Shown here: piece by piece, positions 31,359 through 43,630 of the stretch | Layout: every line of letters begins with the position of its first letter | Numbering within the stretch: the first letter of the stretch is position 1 | DNA from: the human T2T-CHM13v2.0 reference genome, Homo sapiens | Assembly (NCBI RefSeq): GCF_009914755.1 | Contig: NC_060928.1 | DNA length: 64,000 nucleotides | Reading direction: 5' to 3' (one strand) | Made by a program: the position numbers and the translations under genes | Notes under the pieces: model-generated | Databases searched by the model: none | Told to the model about the DNA's origin: nothing | Seen by the model: only the letters and a program-made list of their open reading frames with translations

Positions 31359-32355
31359 CCATCTATAAATAAATCCTTAGGCAGTATATTGTTTAGTTTT
31401 GGCTTTATTTTATCATAATAAGAAATATGCAGCATATTTTTTTCTATCACTTGCTTGTATCTTTTTAAATTATTGTTAACATAAAATTTGGGGAATCCTT
31501 CCTGTTGTTTCATTCACTTTTAATTACTGTATATGATATTCCAAAATATAAATATATAATTTATCTATATAGAATTAGATATTTGTTTTTTCCCCCAAGT
31601 ATTGCTTTTATGAGTAATGTTTCTTCTGAGTATTGTATGTCTTTTCATGCACTTGTGCAAGGCTGTCTTTAATACATACATATAGGAGAGAAATTGCTGA
31701 GGAGTAGGGTATGCTATATATACTTTATTATATATTGTCAAACTGTTTTCAAAGGGGCTTGTACTGATACACTCCCACTAGCAGACTAAAAGTGTTTCTG
31801 TTGCTAAACATCCTCATATGAAGATACTTGACAGCATATATTTTAATATTTGCAAAATCAGGGCAGTATAAATACCATTTGATTTTGGTTTCAATTTGTT
31901 TCCCTAATTACTAATGAGACTAGACATCTTTTTTTGTGTGTATTCACCATAAGTATTTTCTCTTCCCTGAAATGTCATCTTTTGCCCTTTTTAATAGTTC
32001 TTCATACATTTTAGATAATGACTTTTTGTTGGTTATTTGTATTGCAAATATTCTCTTGCAGTTTATGGTTCATGACCAGTATAAGACCTTTCTGTCTTGC
32101 TGTTCTCTTCCATTCATCTACTTACCTATCTCTGTTCATTTTCACGCTGGTTTGTCTTGTCGTGTTCTTTATTCTGTCTTTTGATGAACAGAAAGCCCAA
32201 ATTTAGTATAATTAAATGTGGCTATTTCCTCCCCTTATGGTAACTTTGGGTCTTACATAAAGCATCCTTGTTTTCCTCCAGGTCATAAAGATATGCCTGG
32301 TATTGCCTTCTAAAATTGTTCTGGTTTTGCCTTTTACATTGAAGTCTTTAGTCCT

Positions 32356-32695
32356 TGTTATGGTTTGAATGTTTGCCCCCTCCAAAACTCATGTTGAAAT
32401 TTAATTGCTATCGTAAGAGTATTGAGAAGTAAGACTTTGAAGAGGTATTAGACAAGAAGAGCTCCACCCTCATGGGTGGGATTGGTTCGCTTATAAAATG
32501 GCAAGTTAGGCTCCCTCTTTCTCTCTTACTCTCTCTTACTCTCCCACCTTCTGCCATGGATGATGCAGCAAGGAAGCCCTGGCAAGATGCCAACACCTGG
32601 ATTTTCCAGTCTCCAAAACTGTGAGCCAATACATTTGTTTCTTATAAATTACCCAGTCGGTGGTATTCTATAGCAGCACAAAATGGACTAACATA
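32356..32695 (+). mobile_element. MaLR solo LTR (MSTD/MSTC-like)
   Basis: tgttatggtttgaatgtttgccccctccaaaactcatgttgaaa...tagcagcacaaaatggactaacata; perfect TSD gtcct (32351-32355, 32696-32700). Confidence 0.88.
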
Positions 32696-33067
32696 GTCCT
32701 TAGTTTCCCACAGATACGTAATACATATTTATAATAGAGTTTTTGTATATGCATGGGTTTGTTTCTGGCCTGTAATCTGTTACATTGGTTTTGATATCTG
32801 CAAAGGAAAATGTCTCCATCTTGTTCCTCTTTAGCATTGTCTTGGTACTTCTCATGTAGAAAAACCATATGCTTTTCAACATAAATTTTAGAATCAAATT
32901 GTCAAGTTCCCTAAAAAAATTGGTGGTAATTTTGATTGGAATTGGGGAACAATGGAAATCTTTACAAACTGCTGATTTGTTCCCAAGAGATATGTTCTTC
33001 CTGCTCATAAGTTTATGGCTGCCATTTGAAGACTCTATCACCCTTTTTGGCAGCTAATTTTGGCCAT

Positions 33068-33600
33068 GTGTGGTAGAGTACTTGTAAATAGCTGCAATTA
33101 TTCCGCTCCCTGTATTCATACTCTTTTGCAATGTGACTTTGATGCTTCTCCTTTCATTATGCAGAGTCTATTTCACACCTTCTGAGTATAAGCTGGCCTC
33201 ATGACTTGCTTTGCCTAGTAGAATGCAGTGGGAGTGATATTGTGTCAACTCTGAACCTAGACCTCAATAGGCCTTTTGTACCATTGCCCTCTCTTAGAAT
33301 TTCACGGTTGTCTGTGACTACCGTCACAGACTGGGCTGGCCTGCTGGTTGGTGAGAGACACATGGCTAGTCTGCTCATCTCCTCAGCTGACAGTCAGTGA
33401 ACCCTCCAGAAGCAAAACCACCTAGCTGACCTGCAGATGATGAAAGATGCATGAGGGATTCTAATAGAGACAGAAACTACCCAGCTGAATGTAGTCTACA
33501 TTGCCAACCCACGGGATAATGAGCTGAAGAAAATGGTTGTTACTTTAAGCCACTAAGTTTTCAGGGTGGGCTGTTACTCAGAAATAGCTAATTAATACCA
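33068..33600 (+). mobile_element. MLT1 LTR (MLT1F/G-like)
   Basis: tgcaatgtgactttg...ctggcctcatgacttgctttgcc...tttaagccactaagtttt...atagctaattaata. Confidence 0.8.
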
Positions 33601-34445
33601 TGTGATCAAGTTCTTACCAGTATAATGTAAGCAGAAGTGACACATACTCATTTTGCTTCAATAGCTTTCCCCATACAACAGGCCGATATGGAGGTCAGCT
33701 AACTTGGACCATGGAGATGCAGACAGAGCTCTAAGACAGTTGATCTCAAAGTGTGGTCTGCAGACTCTTGCAAGTTTGCAAGACACTTTGAGGGTCTGAG
33801 AGGTCAAAACTATTTTCACTGCAATATTAATTTGTTATTTGCTTTATACATTATGTTGACATTGGCTCTGCGGGTGCAAAATTAATGGTGGGTAAAACTG
33901 TCACTTTAGCACAAATCTAGGCAGTTCACTCTATTGAAAAAGTAGTCATTTGATTCATCACTACACAGTTGTGAAAAGTGCCAGTTTCACGTAAAGTTTT
34001 CCTTGATGAAGTAGTAAAAATCATTCATTTTATTAAATCTTGGCCTTTGAGAATACATCTTTTTAACATTCAGTGTGACAAAATGGCAAGTGTGCATCCA
34101 ATTCTTCTGCTGCATGCCTAAGTACGGTGGGTGTCTCAAAGCCTCTGTGTGTTTGAATAGATGAACTTGCTTTTTGTTGTTTTGTGGTGTACCACCATTT
34201 GTATTTAAATAGGTAGACAGAAAAACTATGGTTATTTAGACTTGGGGATTTCAGCAGACATTTTTTGAAAATGAATGAAGTCAGCCAATGTTAAAATTTG
34301 AGCAGGTAAGCAAAAATATGTTTAAAAAAACTTATATTTGCTGCTGTGACCTCAATAGCTTCCCAATATTTAAATACTTCTGTTGATGATGTTGGCAGTA
34401 TATTAATTAATAAGTTTTTAAAATATTGCATAATGAAGTGTGTCA

Positions 34446-34804
34446 ATCCTATAGGATTATAGGAGAGTTATACCAAAACTTGGTAAGTTATAGGACAGTT
34501 GCAGGGTAGAATCTTAAACCTGATATTAATGAACTGTTCATGTCCTATTATATTAAAATCTATTGGTTTATCATGCAATTTGAACCTACATTAACTCAGT
34601 TAACCAGTGTTTTCTAAATGACCAATGGATGTTACAACCTCACACATAGTAAAAAAAAAAACCCATGCAAATTGCATGATAAACCAATGGATTTTAATAT
34701 AATAGAATATGAACAGTTCATTAATATCAGATTTAAGATTCTACCCTGCAACTATCCTATTACTTATTAAGTTTTGGTATAACTCCTCTATAAACCTATA
34801 GGAT
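34446..34804. repeat. Long inverted repeat: 137-bp arms (34446-34582 / 34668-34804), 85-bp spacer
   Basis: Manual alignment of the left arm to the reverse complement of the right arm gives ~11 mismatches in 137 bp with no gaps. Confidence 0.95.
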
Positions 34805-35267
34805 ATTCTATCTTAACTATCCTATAACTTGTCAAATTTTGGTATAGTATCCAACAAGAATAGCCATAATTATCTCAAAAGACTATTAGAGTAGCCCTTC
34901 CTTTTCCAACTACAAAACTCTGTGTGGCTGGCTTCTATTCATCCATTTTAATGAAAACAATACAGTGAAACTGACTGAATGCAGAAGAATATATGAGAAT
35001 CTAACTGACTTCTATTAACCCAGGTATTTAATATTAAAGAGATTTTCAAAAACAGAACAATTTCACTCTTCTCATTACATTTGTGTTTTAGTAAATAGAT
35101 CTGTTTTTCCCAGAAATATATTACTTATTTTCATATATAATGGGTTAAGTACTATTTTTGAAAGAATTAATAATTATTGTAAAAATTTTAGTTTTAATTT
35201 TGAATGCAATAGTCATTGATAGATATAATTCATAAAATCCAAAGCTCTTTGGAGTCCTCAGAAATTT

Positions 35268-36112
35268 TATTTTGACATGATTTTTTTTACAGACATTTTA
35301 GGTACACAGTAAAATCAAGTGGAAAATATAGAGAGTTTTCATATACACTTCCTTCCCAAATGCACACAACCTCCCCAACTATTAACATCCCAAACCAGAG
35401 TGATACAGTTGTTACAATCAATGAATCTACATTGACACATCATTATCACCCAAAGTCCACACATTAGAGTTTATTCATGGCATTGTGAATTCTATGGATT
35501 TTGACAAATGTATAATGACATGTATCCACTATTATAGTATCATACAGAGTAGTTTTACTGCCCTAAAAATCTTCTTTGCTCTGCCTACTCATCCCTCCCT
35601 CCCCCTGACCCCTGACAACCACTGATCATTTTACTGTCTCCAGTTTGGCCTTTTCCAGGGTGCCATGTAATTGGCACCATACAGTATGTAGCCTTTTCAG
35701 ATTGCTTTTTTCACTGCATAATATGCATTTAAGGTTTTTTCATGTTTTTTATAGCTTTATAGTTCATGTCTTTTTAGCACTGAATAACATTCAATTGTCT
35801 GGATGTACCACAGTTTATTTATGTATTCACCTACTGAAGGACATCTTGCTTCCAAGTTTTGGCAATTTGAATTAAGCTGCTATAAACATCCATGTGCAGG
35901 TTTTTTTTGTGGACATGTTGTCAATTTATTTGAGTAAATACCAAGGAGCACGATTGCTGGATCATATGGTAAGCGTATGTTTAGCTTTGTAAGAAACTGC
36001 CAAATTGTCTTCCAAAGTTGCTGTACAGTTTTGTATTTCTACCATCAATGAATGAGCTCTTCTCTTGCTCCGCATCCTTGCCAGCATTTGGTGGTAGTAG
36101 CGTTTTAGATTT
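35268..36112 (-). mobile_element. L1MA/MB/MC-type 3' fragment inserted in Charlie1
   Basis: acattgacacatcattatcacccaaagtcc...gctgctataaacatcc...gattgctggatcatatggtaag; TSD-like tcctcagaaatttt / ttctcaataatttt. Confidence 0.85.
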
Positions 36113-36342
36113 CATGGTTTCTCAATAATTTTTAAGAGTATAAAAGGGTTCAGGGGCCAACAGATTCAAGAGCTACATCCTTAGAGGATGGCTGAGCATC
36201 AACGTGGAAGGAAATTGAGTGCTAAATTAATAAAGAGAACAGCCTTTCTGATCCAGAAAAGTCAAGCCTCAGTCTTATTTAATCTATTTTGATTGGGTCT
36301 CTCTGTTACAGAAGCTTAGACTTCAACTGGCTTTTATATTCA

Positions 36343-37804
36343 TGTTAGAGTGAGACTCTTCATGCCTCAGTTTCAATTGAGGCACTAAGATAGTAGCTAT
36401 TGATAGCCAAATGGAGAGTGGGATGTATCTGTAAATAAAGACTTAGTAAAGGAATTCTCTGAGAATCAATTCCCTGACTTAGCAGAGCAAAGAAATCAAA
36501 AGTGTTCAGAGGATGGGAAGAGAGAGAAGACTGCTAAATAAGTGTATTTAGGAATACTTTTCTTCATGCTCTAAAATCTCATCACCTGCCTTTGGGAGGG
36601 AGGTGGCAGGGGATTTTTACATTCTTGCCCAAGCTTAGTGAAAGAAAGGGATATTTGGTGGACTTTGGAATGTGTTCCCTGCAGTTATGAGAACTGGTGC
36701 CTGACTCTCTCTGAGAGAACTAAGGTAAACTGTGGTTTGGGGTCTGATTCTTGTCCAGAAAGTCTAGAAGGAGAGACAAGGGATGACTAATTGCTTTGGC
36801 AGTGGTTGCTGCCACTCTGGGATCAGCCTGCCTCAAATACATTGTCAAGGCAAGGGATGCATGTTTCAAATGGACTAGATGTGGGCTGCACAGGAGTAGT
36901 GATCCAGTGGAATTCTCATCTGTCCCATAGACCTCCTTGAATGAAGTCCTCAGCAGAAAGAGTATGGAAGTATGCCTGAGAAAGGAGTTATAAGTGACCA
37001 CCTAAAAGGGAAAGTCATCCTTCTGGGTCAGAGATACTGCAGGGGAGAGTGGCACAGTGGTAAAATACAGAGACAGAAACCCAGTAAAACACCACCAGAG
37101 AGGGAGGTCAGCTGAACTCACTAGCCAGGAGCATGCAATATGAGACCAGTTCATGATAAGTTAGTCCTTTCTTGCCCCTTTCCGTTTCTCCCTCCTCTGA
37201 ACCCACACAAGAGGGCCAGGGCTCATGATTCAGCTGGGGAAAGCATTGTGAACAAACAGAGAAGCAGCTACCACAAGTGCCTTTCTCATTGCAGACTTCC
37301 AGCCTTATGATGGAGCCAAGGAGAGAAGGAGCATTTAGTCAAGTTCAGAGTTTTAATTATTGTATGTGGCTGCACATATAATATTTGAATTAGACTTTTT
37401 CCCCAATTATTTTTATGGTGGTAAAATACATATGACATAAAATTTACCAGCTTAACTATTCTTAAGTGTACAGTCTGGTGTTATCAAATACATTCATAAT
37501 GCTGTGCAAGCATCACCATCATCCATCTTCATAACTCTTTCATTCTGCATAAACAGTAACTCTTCATTGCCCCGGGCCCTTGGCAACCACCATTCTGCTC
37601 TCTGGAACTGAGGCTTCTTTTGGTGTGACTAAACTCATTGTATAACTGTCATTGAAGAGTGGAATTTAAAAATTCTTAGACCTGATAGAGTTTTTATTCT
37701 GGTGTAGGAGACTACCCAGATGAATAAATTTTAGAGAGATAATGGAGAGCCAAAAGCAAAGTTGTATTTTAATTATGTCATGTATCATGCATGCATTTTC
37801 AACA
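36343..37804. mobile_element. Possible ancient LTR (Gypsy/LTR81-like) interrupted by an L1 fragment
   Basis: tgtt...aaca ends, AATAAA near 37723, purine-rich interior; family from memory only. Confidence 0.3.
37395..37610 (-). mobile_element. L1MB-type 3' end
   Basis: gtggtaaaatacatatgacataaaatttaccagcttaactattcttaagtgtacag...ggcaaccaccattctgctctct. Confidence 0.85.
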
Positions 37805-37854
37805 TACCCAATATTAAACTCATCTGTTCTGTATATATATTTTAATTTTTCAGG

Positions 37855-38151
37855 TTTTCTTTTCTTTATAGAGATGAGGTCTCATTTGGTAGCCTAGGCT
37901 GGAGTGCAGTGGTGCAATCATAGCTCACTGCAGCCTCAAACTCCTGGACTCCAGTGATCTCCTGCTTCAGCCTCCCCAGTAGCTAGGACTACAGGTATGC
38001 ACCACCACATTTGGCTAGTTGTAAAAATTTTTTGTAGACAGGCTCTCACTATGTTGTTCAGGCTGCTCTTACACTCCTGGCCTCAAGTGATCCTCCCACC
38101 TAAGCCTCCCAAAGCTCTAGGATTACTGGTGAGCCACTGTGCCTGGACCCA
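37855..38151 (-). mobile_element. AluJ
   Basis: Full dimer, J diagnostics (caatcatagctcactgcagcctc). Confidence 0.9.
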
Positions 38152-38226
38152 GGTTTTCTTTAAGAGGGTACATTTCCATCAGTAAATAGTTAAGAAAATA
38201 ACTCAAATGATTTGCAAGTTCATGGG

Positions 38227-38669
38227 TGTGTAATTAAATAGGCAGGAGGCCATTAGCCTGAGGCTCTCTGAGTACTTTCAGTTCTTACATAACAAATTAC
38301 TACCTAACTTAGTGCATAAACAAGCTGAAACCTAAATTAGGAGTATATTTCTTTCTAACTAATAGCCAGGTTTCAGCCAATCACAAATAGTACAGCTTTA
38401 GCCAATCACTGGCAGCCACCTGGTAATACCATGCCCAAATAAGGCAAATGCCTCATCACACCATGCCCAAATAAGGAAGATATCTAGCTGTAACCAATCA
38501 GGTGATTTCTCTATTTTGCTTCTGTGTTTGGCCTATGAAACCTCACTGCTCACACTGCTGGATGGAGCTCTCTGAACCTGCTCTGGTTTTGAGTGCCTCC
38601 TGAGTCATGAGTCACTCTGTGCAAATAAATTTTGTTAAATTTATTGTGTCTAAAGTTTTTCTTTAAACA
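38227..38669 (+). mobile_element. ERV1 solo LTR (LTR54/MER57 group)
   Basis: tgtgtaattaaataggcaggaggccattagcctgagg...aataaa...ctttaaaca; perfect 4-bp TSD tggg (38223-38226, 38670-38673). Confidence 0.85.
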
Positions 38670-40049
38670 TGGGAAAGGTAATGAATTTAGTTCGGAAATG
38701 TTGGCTTTGAATTATCTGGCCAGGGAAAAAGTGGATTGGACAATTTACAAATAAAGTCTTAGAACAGTGATGAACAGATAGTAAGAATTACATGTTACCT
38801 ACTATCATGATTGTTATTTTGGATCTAAATATATGATGCAAACCTATTCACTTCCGTGCCCATAGACCTGATGTTCATACCCAATAATTTAGAGGAAGAA
38901 AGCAATCAAATAAAAAATACCAGTTTTTCTGTATGAAGTAGAGTATGTTTTCTAATCTCTTCTCTTCCTACCTTGAAGCATTAGATTAAAGATCCTCTGA
39001 GATTGTAAATCCTGATTATATTTCTGTGTGCTACAGGTGTCAATCACTATTCAGGCACTTCTTTGGCAATTAGTGGAGTATTCTTCCCAGTAAATTATAA
39101 TCTAGTTCAGTTTATATTAATTATACTTTGGTAGCAGTGCCATTATGTGAATGTTAATTTTATTAACAATATATTTTGACTATGGTGGATTGGCAAATTA
39201 GAAACAATTTCAGTGTTTCTTAAAACTTTATTATGTTATGCTTTTGCTGAGTACTAAAGCATGAAAAATGCATTCGAGGCACATCATCATATAAAAGCAT
39301 AGTTATCTTCATTTCATTTATGTTAATTGAGCTTTATTTTCTGGAAAACGTTTTAATATTTTGATTGAATTCTTTAAAAATAGATTTGACAAAAATAAAA
39401 GGCAATTAATTTTGATAGAACATCATTTTTATTGGCAAATTATACGTATAGTAATCTAAATTACTCACTAATTTTTGAGCAATTATGTAGTAAAAGAATC
39501 CAAAGAGCTGAAGTTCCAAATCTCAAAAAAGGTAGCATTTGCTTTTGTCTTAATTGATTCATACTGATTTATAAAATCATCCTATATTTTTCCATCATTA
39601 GTCTTTCATTATGCACTCTCCATTGTGGGAGAAAAAGCATCTTTTCTTTTCTCTTTTGGTAAGGAGTAGTATCCCTAAGGTTTTTTGAAGGTCAGAATGA
39701 GATTAGGTTAATTTGTTAAGTTATTAATCTACTCAGTAACTGCTTAGGAAGAACCTATCATGGGTAGGTGCTTAACAAGATACTGGGCTTATGAAAAAGA
39801 AGAGGAAGAACAATAACAAAAAAATTTTTTTGTGAACTTATACACTGTTCTTGCATTGCAAAGAGATAAAAACCATGTAAATGAATAAATTAATAATATA
39901 ACTTCTAGAGAATGGTAGTGCTATGAAGAAAATAAAATATGGCAATGGAACAGAGAGCAACTCTTTCTTTATTAAAATAACTATTCTTCTGTTATTCCAA
40001 TTGATAAAAAAGCTTGTAGTTCATATTACTGTCATCTATCTTGATGTTA

Positions 40050-40278
40050 AATAATTTACTAACATATATTGAGCATGTACTTTGTACTAGGTACTGTTAA
40101 GCACTTATATGCATTATCTTATTTAATGCTCAACACTCTCCAAAGAGTGTTATTAATATTTGCATTTTACACATTAGGACACTAAAGCTTAGAAAGGCTT
40201 ATTGTCTTACTTCAGAGCACATGAGTTGTAAAAGGTACAGCTGGGAATCAAATCTAAGTCAGCATGAGTCTAAAGTTG
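40050..40278 (-). mobile_element. MIR
   Basis: tattgagcatgtactttgtactaggtactgttaagcactt...cattttacacattaggacact. Confidence 0.7.
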
Positions 40279-40487
40279 CACTGTTCAATATGGTAGCTAT
40301 CAGCACATGTATTTAATTTAAATTTAAATTAATTAAAATTTAAAATTTAATTTTTAATTGTACTAGCCACATATTAAGTGCATAATAGCAACATGTGGCT
40401 GGGGCTGCCATATTGGACTGCACAGACATAGAGTGTAATCCATAATCTCTCAATATTGCAGAAAGTTCTATTGGACAGCATTGCCTA
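40279..40487. mobile_element. MER3 (hAT-Charlie MITE)
   Basis: ctgttcaatatggtagc...ctagccacat...acatgtggct...gcagaaagttctattggacagc. Confidence 0.8.
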
Positions 40488-41150
40488 GAGAACAGCTCTT
40501 ATAGATTCAACTATACTTCCTCCTTCTCACTATATGAAGAATTATTTTAGTCAAGTGTCCAAGTTTTCTGTCTTTGACTTTCAGAAGAGCAGTAGAAATA
40601 TTTCTTTTTGGGTTTTGGATTGGTATTAAACATTTACTGAATGTCTATTGTAGGATTTTTTTCTATAACTCTCTTTTGTCCTCAGGGAGTGGTGCTTTCC
40701 TTTCCTTTGGAGAAATTCAAAGTTTTTGTATTACTCTATTGTGTGCATGTCTGCTTTCAGCTATTCCTCTAGCATCATGGGTCTTCCGCTACCCCAGCTT
40801 TGCTCCCTGTCATCTTGCAATACCACTTGAAGCTCAGCACCACTTAGCACCATTGACACCTTTTCTCCACTGAGGCCAAAGATGGAGGGGTGGCACAAGT
40901 TGCGTTTTCCTGTCACCACCCACTGTCTTCAGCAGCCCTAAAGCACTATCTGAGACTGGGAATTTCCACATCAGAGAATGAAAGCAGAGGAAATTACAAC
41001 TAGAAGAGACAGTTTAGCTCAACTGTACTTTATCTTGAATCTCAGAGAAATTAGACCACAACTCCCCAGCCACCCTAGCTGCCAGGGGATAGCATGCCTA
41101 CTCTCAGGGTATTTTGGGCTTTTCTTCATCCTTGTCCCACAAAAAATACC

Positions 41151-41603
<453 letters not shown>

Positions 41604-41796
41604 TAAAAAAATCTAGCTCTCCTCTCCTCTGCCAAGTACAAAAATCCCAGGAAAGCCTACGCTTTAAGGGAAAATGGGATGTATGGGTGAAGGAAGCGTT
41701 TGGCTGTAGTCCTCTAGTCAGGGGAGGCCTCAACATGAGTTTCCTTCTTAAAACTCCCACCAGCAAAATTGCAGACCTGCTGGCTCCTTTACTGGA

Positions 41797-42127
41797 TGTT
41801 TTAGTTCATTTTGTGCTGCCATGACAGAATACACAGGCTGGGTAATTTATAAAGTACAGAAATTTCTTATGGTCCTGGAGTCTGGGAAGTTCAAGATAGA
41901 GGGGCCAGCGTCTCGTGAGGACCTTCTTGCTGTGCCGTCCAATGGCAGAAGGTGTAAGGGTGAGAGAGAGCAAGAGGGGGCCGAACTTTTCCTTTCACAA
42001 GGGCACCGATCCCACCCACAAGGGTGGAACTCTCATGGCTTCTTAAAAGTCTCACCTCTTAATTTGGTCATATAGGCAAATAATTTCAAAATGAGTTTTG
42101 GAGGGGATAAAAACTCAAACCATAGTA
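41797..42127 (-). mobile_element. MaLR solo LTR (MSTD/MLT1A-like)
   Basis: tgttttagttcattttgtgctgcc...ctgggaagttcaagat...caaaccatagta; TSD ctgga/ctggc. Confidence 0.85.
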
Positions 42128-42919
42128 CTGGCTAACCTATAATGTAAGCAACGGCTTCTAAGAGAAAGTATTAATGTTATTCTCAGAGATGGTAAGGTCT
42201 AAACTGATATTGAAGTAAGAACATTTTCTTTATTAGTGAGAATCCTGCCCAGAGCAGCTCTAGGCATTCATAACCACCAGAGTAGTACAGAATGGCAGCT
42301 TTTTGTTACTCTGGGATGGGTGCAGCCTAGGTTATAGTCTATACTTAGCAATGGGTTTTTTTTCTGATTAAAGGCTGTAAGTGTGGGGACAGGGTTCCTC
42401 TGCTAATTCCTCCAGCCACATAAAGATGAAGTCCATGGCCCTCTATTCCCAGCCTAATAAGAAGTCAAGTAAACACCTCAATACAATCCGATGGATTATG
42501 TAATGTTAGGCAGAAGTGCCATAGGAGGTACAGAATAAATCTGTCATCATCCCTGGGGTTATTATAGGGACAGCCTCAAGGACGGCCTTGGGAGGAAGTG
42601 ACATTTAAGCTCAGTCCTTAAGGATAGTGCTTAGGGTAGATATTTGTAAGAAAAACAAAAGGGTGATTGGGAAAAATGATACAGAGGCATGGAGAAGAAA
42701 AGTCTTAGATAGTTTTCTCAGTTTATTAGAATTTATTTTATTCGGACAAATGTGTTCAGTGGCTTTGAATATGGTATTAAAATATAATAAACTATCAGAG
42801 GATAATCCATTTATCACATTCTTTTTTCATTGTTTGCCTCTTTACTTTTTGCTTCAATTTCCAAAAAAAAAATTATGACATACCTGTTATGAATGAAACT
42901 ACAAACTGTGTGTACTGGA

Positions 42920-43630
42920 GTTAAAACAAAGATCAATAATGAAATAAGCTTCTGACTTTAAGGAGCTTACCTCAGGTGAGGCAAAGGCAAATACATTGAA
43001 ATACAGACAAGTTAGAAAGTCAGCTCTATTAGAAACTAAATATTGGCAAGAGGCTAGGGGATTTCAGGAGAAGCAAGGATAGTGAGAGATCAAGGAAGTC
43101 TTCGAAGAGGAAGTGCCATTTAAGTTGAGACTTGAAGGCTGTGTATGGGATTCAGAAATGCAGAGGTGGGGACAGGCAGAAGTAAGAGAATAGGGAAGCA
43201 GGGAGCATAATGATTCAGAATATTCCCCTGGAGCTAAACTTGTCTGGGATCACAGCCAGACTTTCCTACATACTGTGTGACCTTAAGCAAGGTGCCTCAA
43301 GTTCTTCATTTCTAAAACAGGGTTAATAGTGATAGCCACCTAACAATGTTGTTGTAAAGATTAAATGAGTTAACATATGTAAAGCACTTAGAAGAGGGGC
43401 TGGCATATAATGACGACTCTTTGCAGGTTGGTTATTATCATTATGATCAAAGATTGCAGATATTAGGGAATAACATTGATTTGCCTAGAATACTGAGTGT
43501 GTGATGGGTTGGGAAGAAAGGGCTGGAAGGGTAGGAAGGTGCAAGATTATGACCAGCCTTAAATATCAACCTCAGAAATATGGATTTTTATTCTACAGAT
43601 ATTAAGGGATCACTGGAAGTTTTGAGCAGA
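42920..43630 (-). mobile_element. L2 fragments with a nested plus-strand MIR (~43205-43445)
   Basis: aaggagcttac...ggaagtcttcgaagaggaagtgccatttaagttgagacttgaagg; MIR ctgtgtgaccttaagcaag...gattaaatgagttaacatatgtaaagcacttagaa. Confidence 0.65.

Larger units (their letters stand above)
30555..33040 (-). mobile_element. Old L1ME-type fragment interrupted by two LTRs
   Basis: L1 3'/ORF2-like sequence; ORF 32700..33041 contains PIKITTNFFRELDNLILKF, matching ORF2 [19 protein letters not shown]. Confidence 0.75.
33737..36180. mobile_element. Charlie1-type hAT DNA transposon, with internal inverted duplication and nested L1
   Basis: Start cagttgatctcaaagtgtggtc...gaggtcaaaactatttt; internal gactgaatgcagaag...atgagaatc; end aataatttttaagagtataaaaggg. 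Confidence 0.85.

Noticed and set aside
40310-40360. AT-rich palindromic stretch
   Set aside because: Intrinsic to the MER3 MITE
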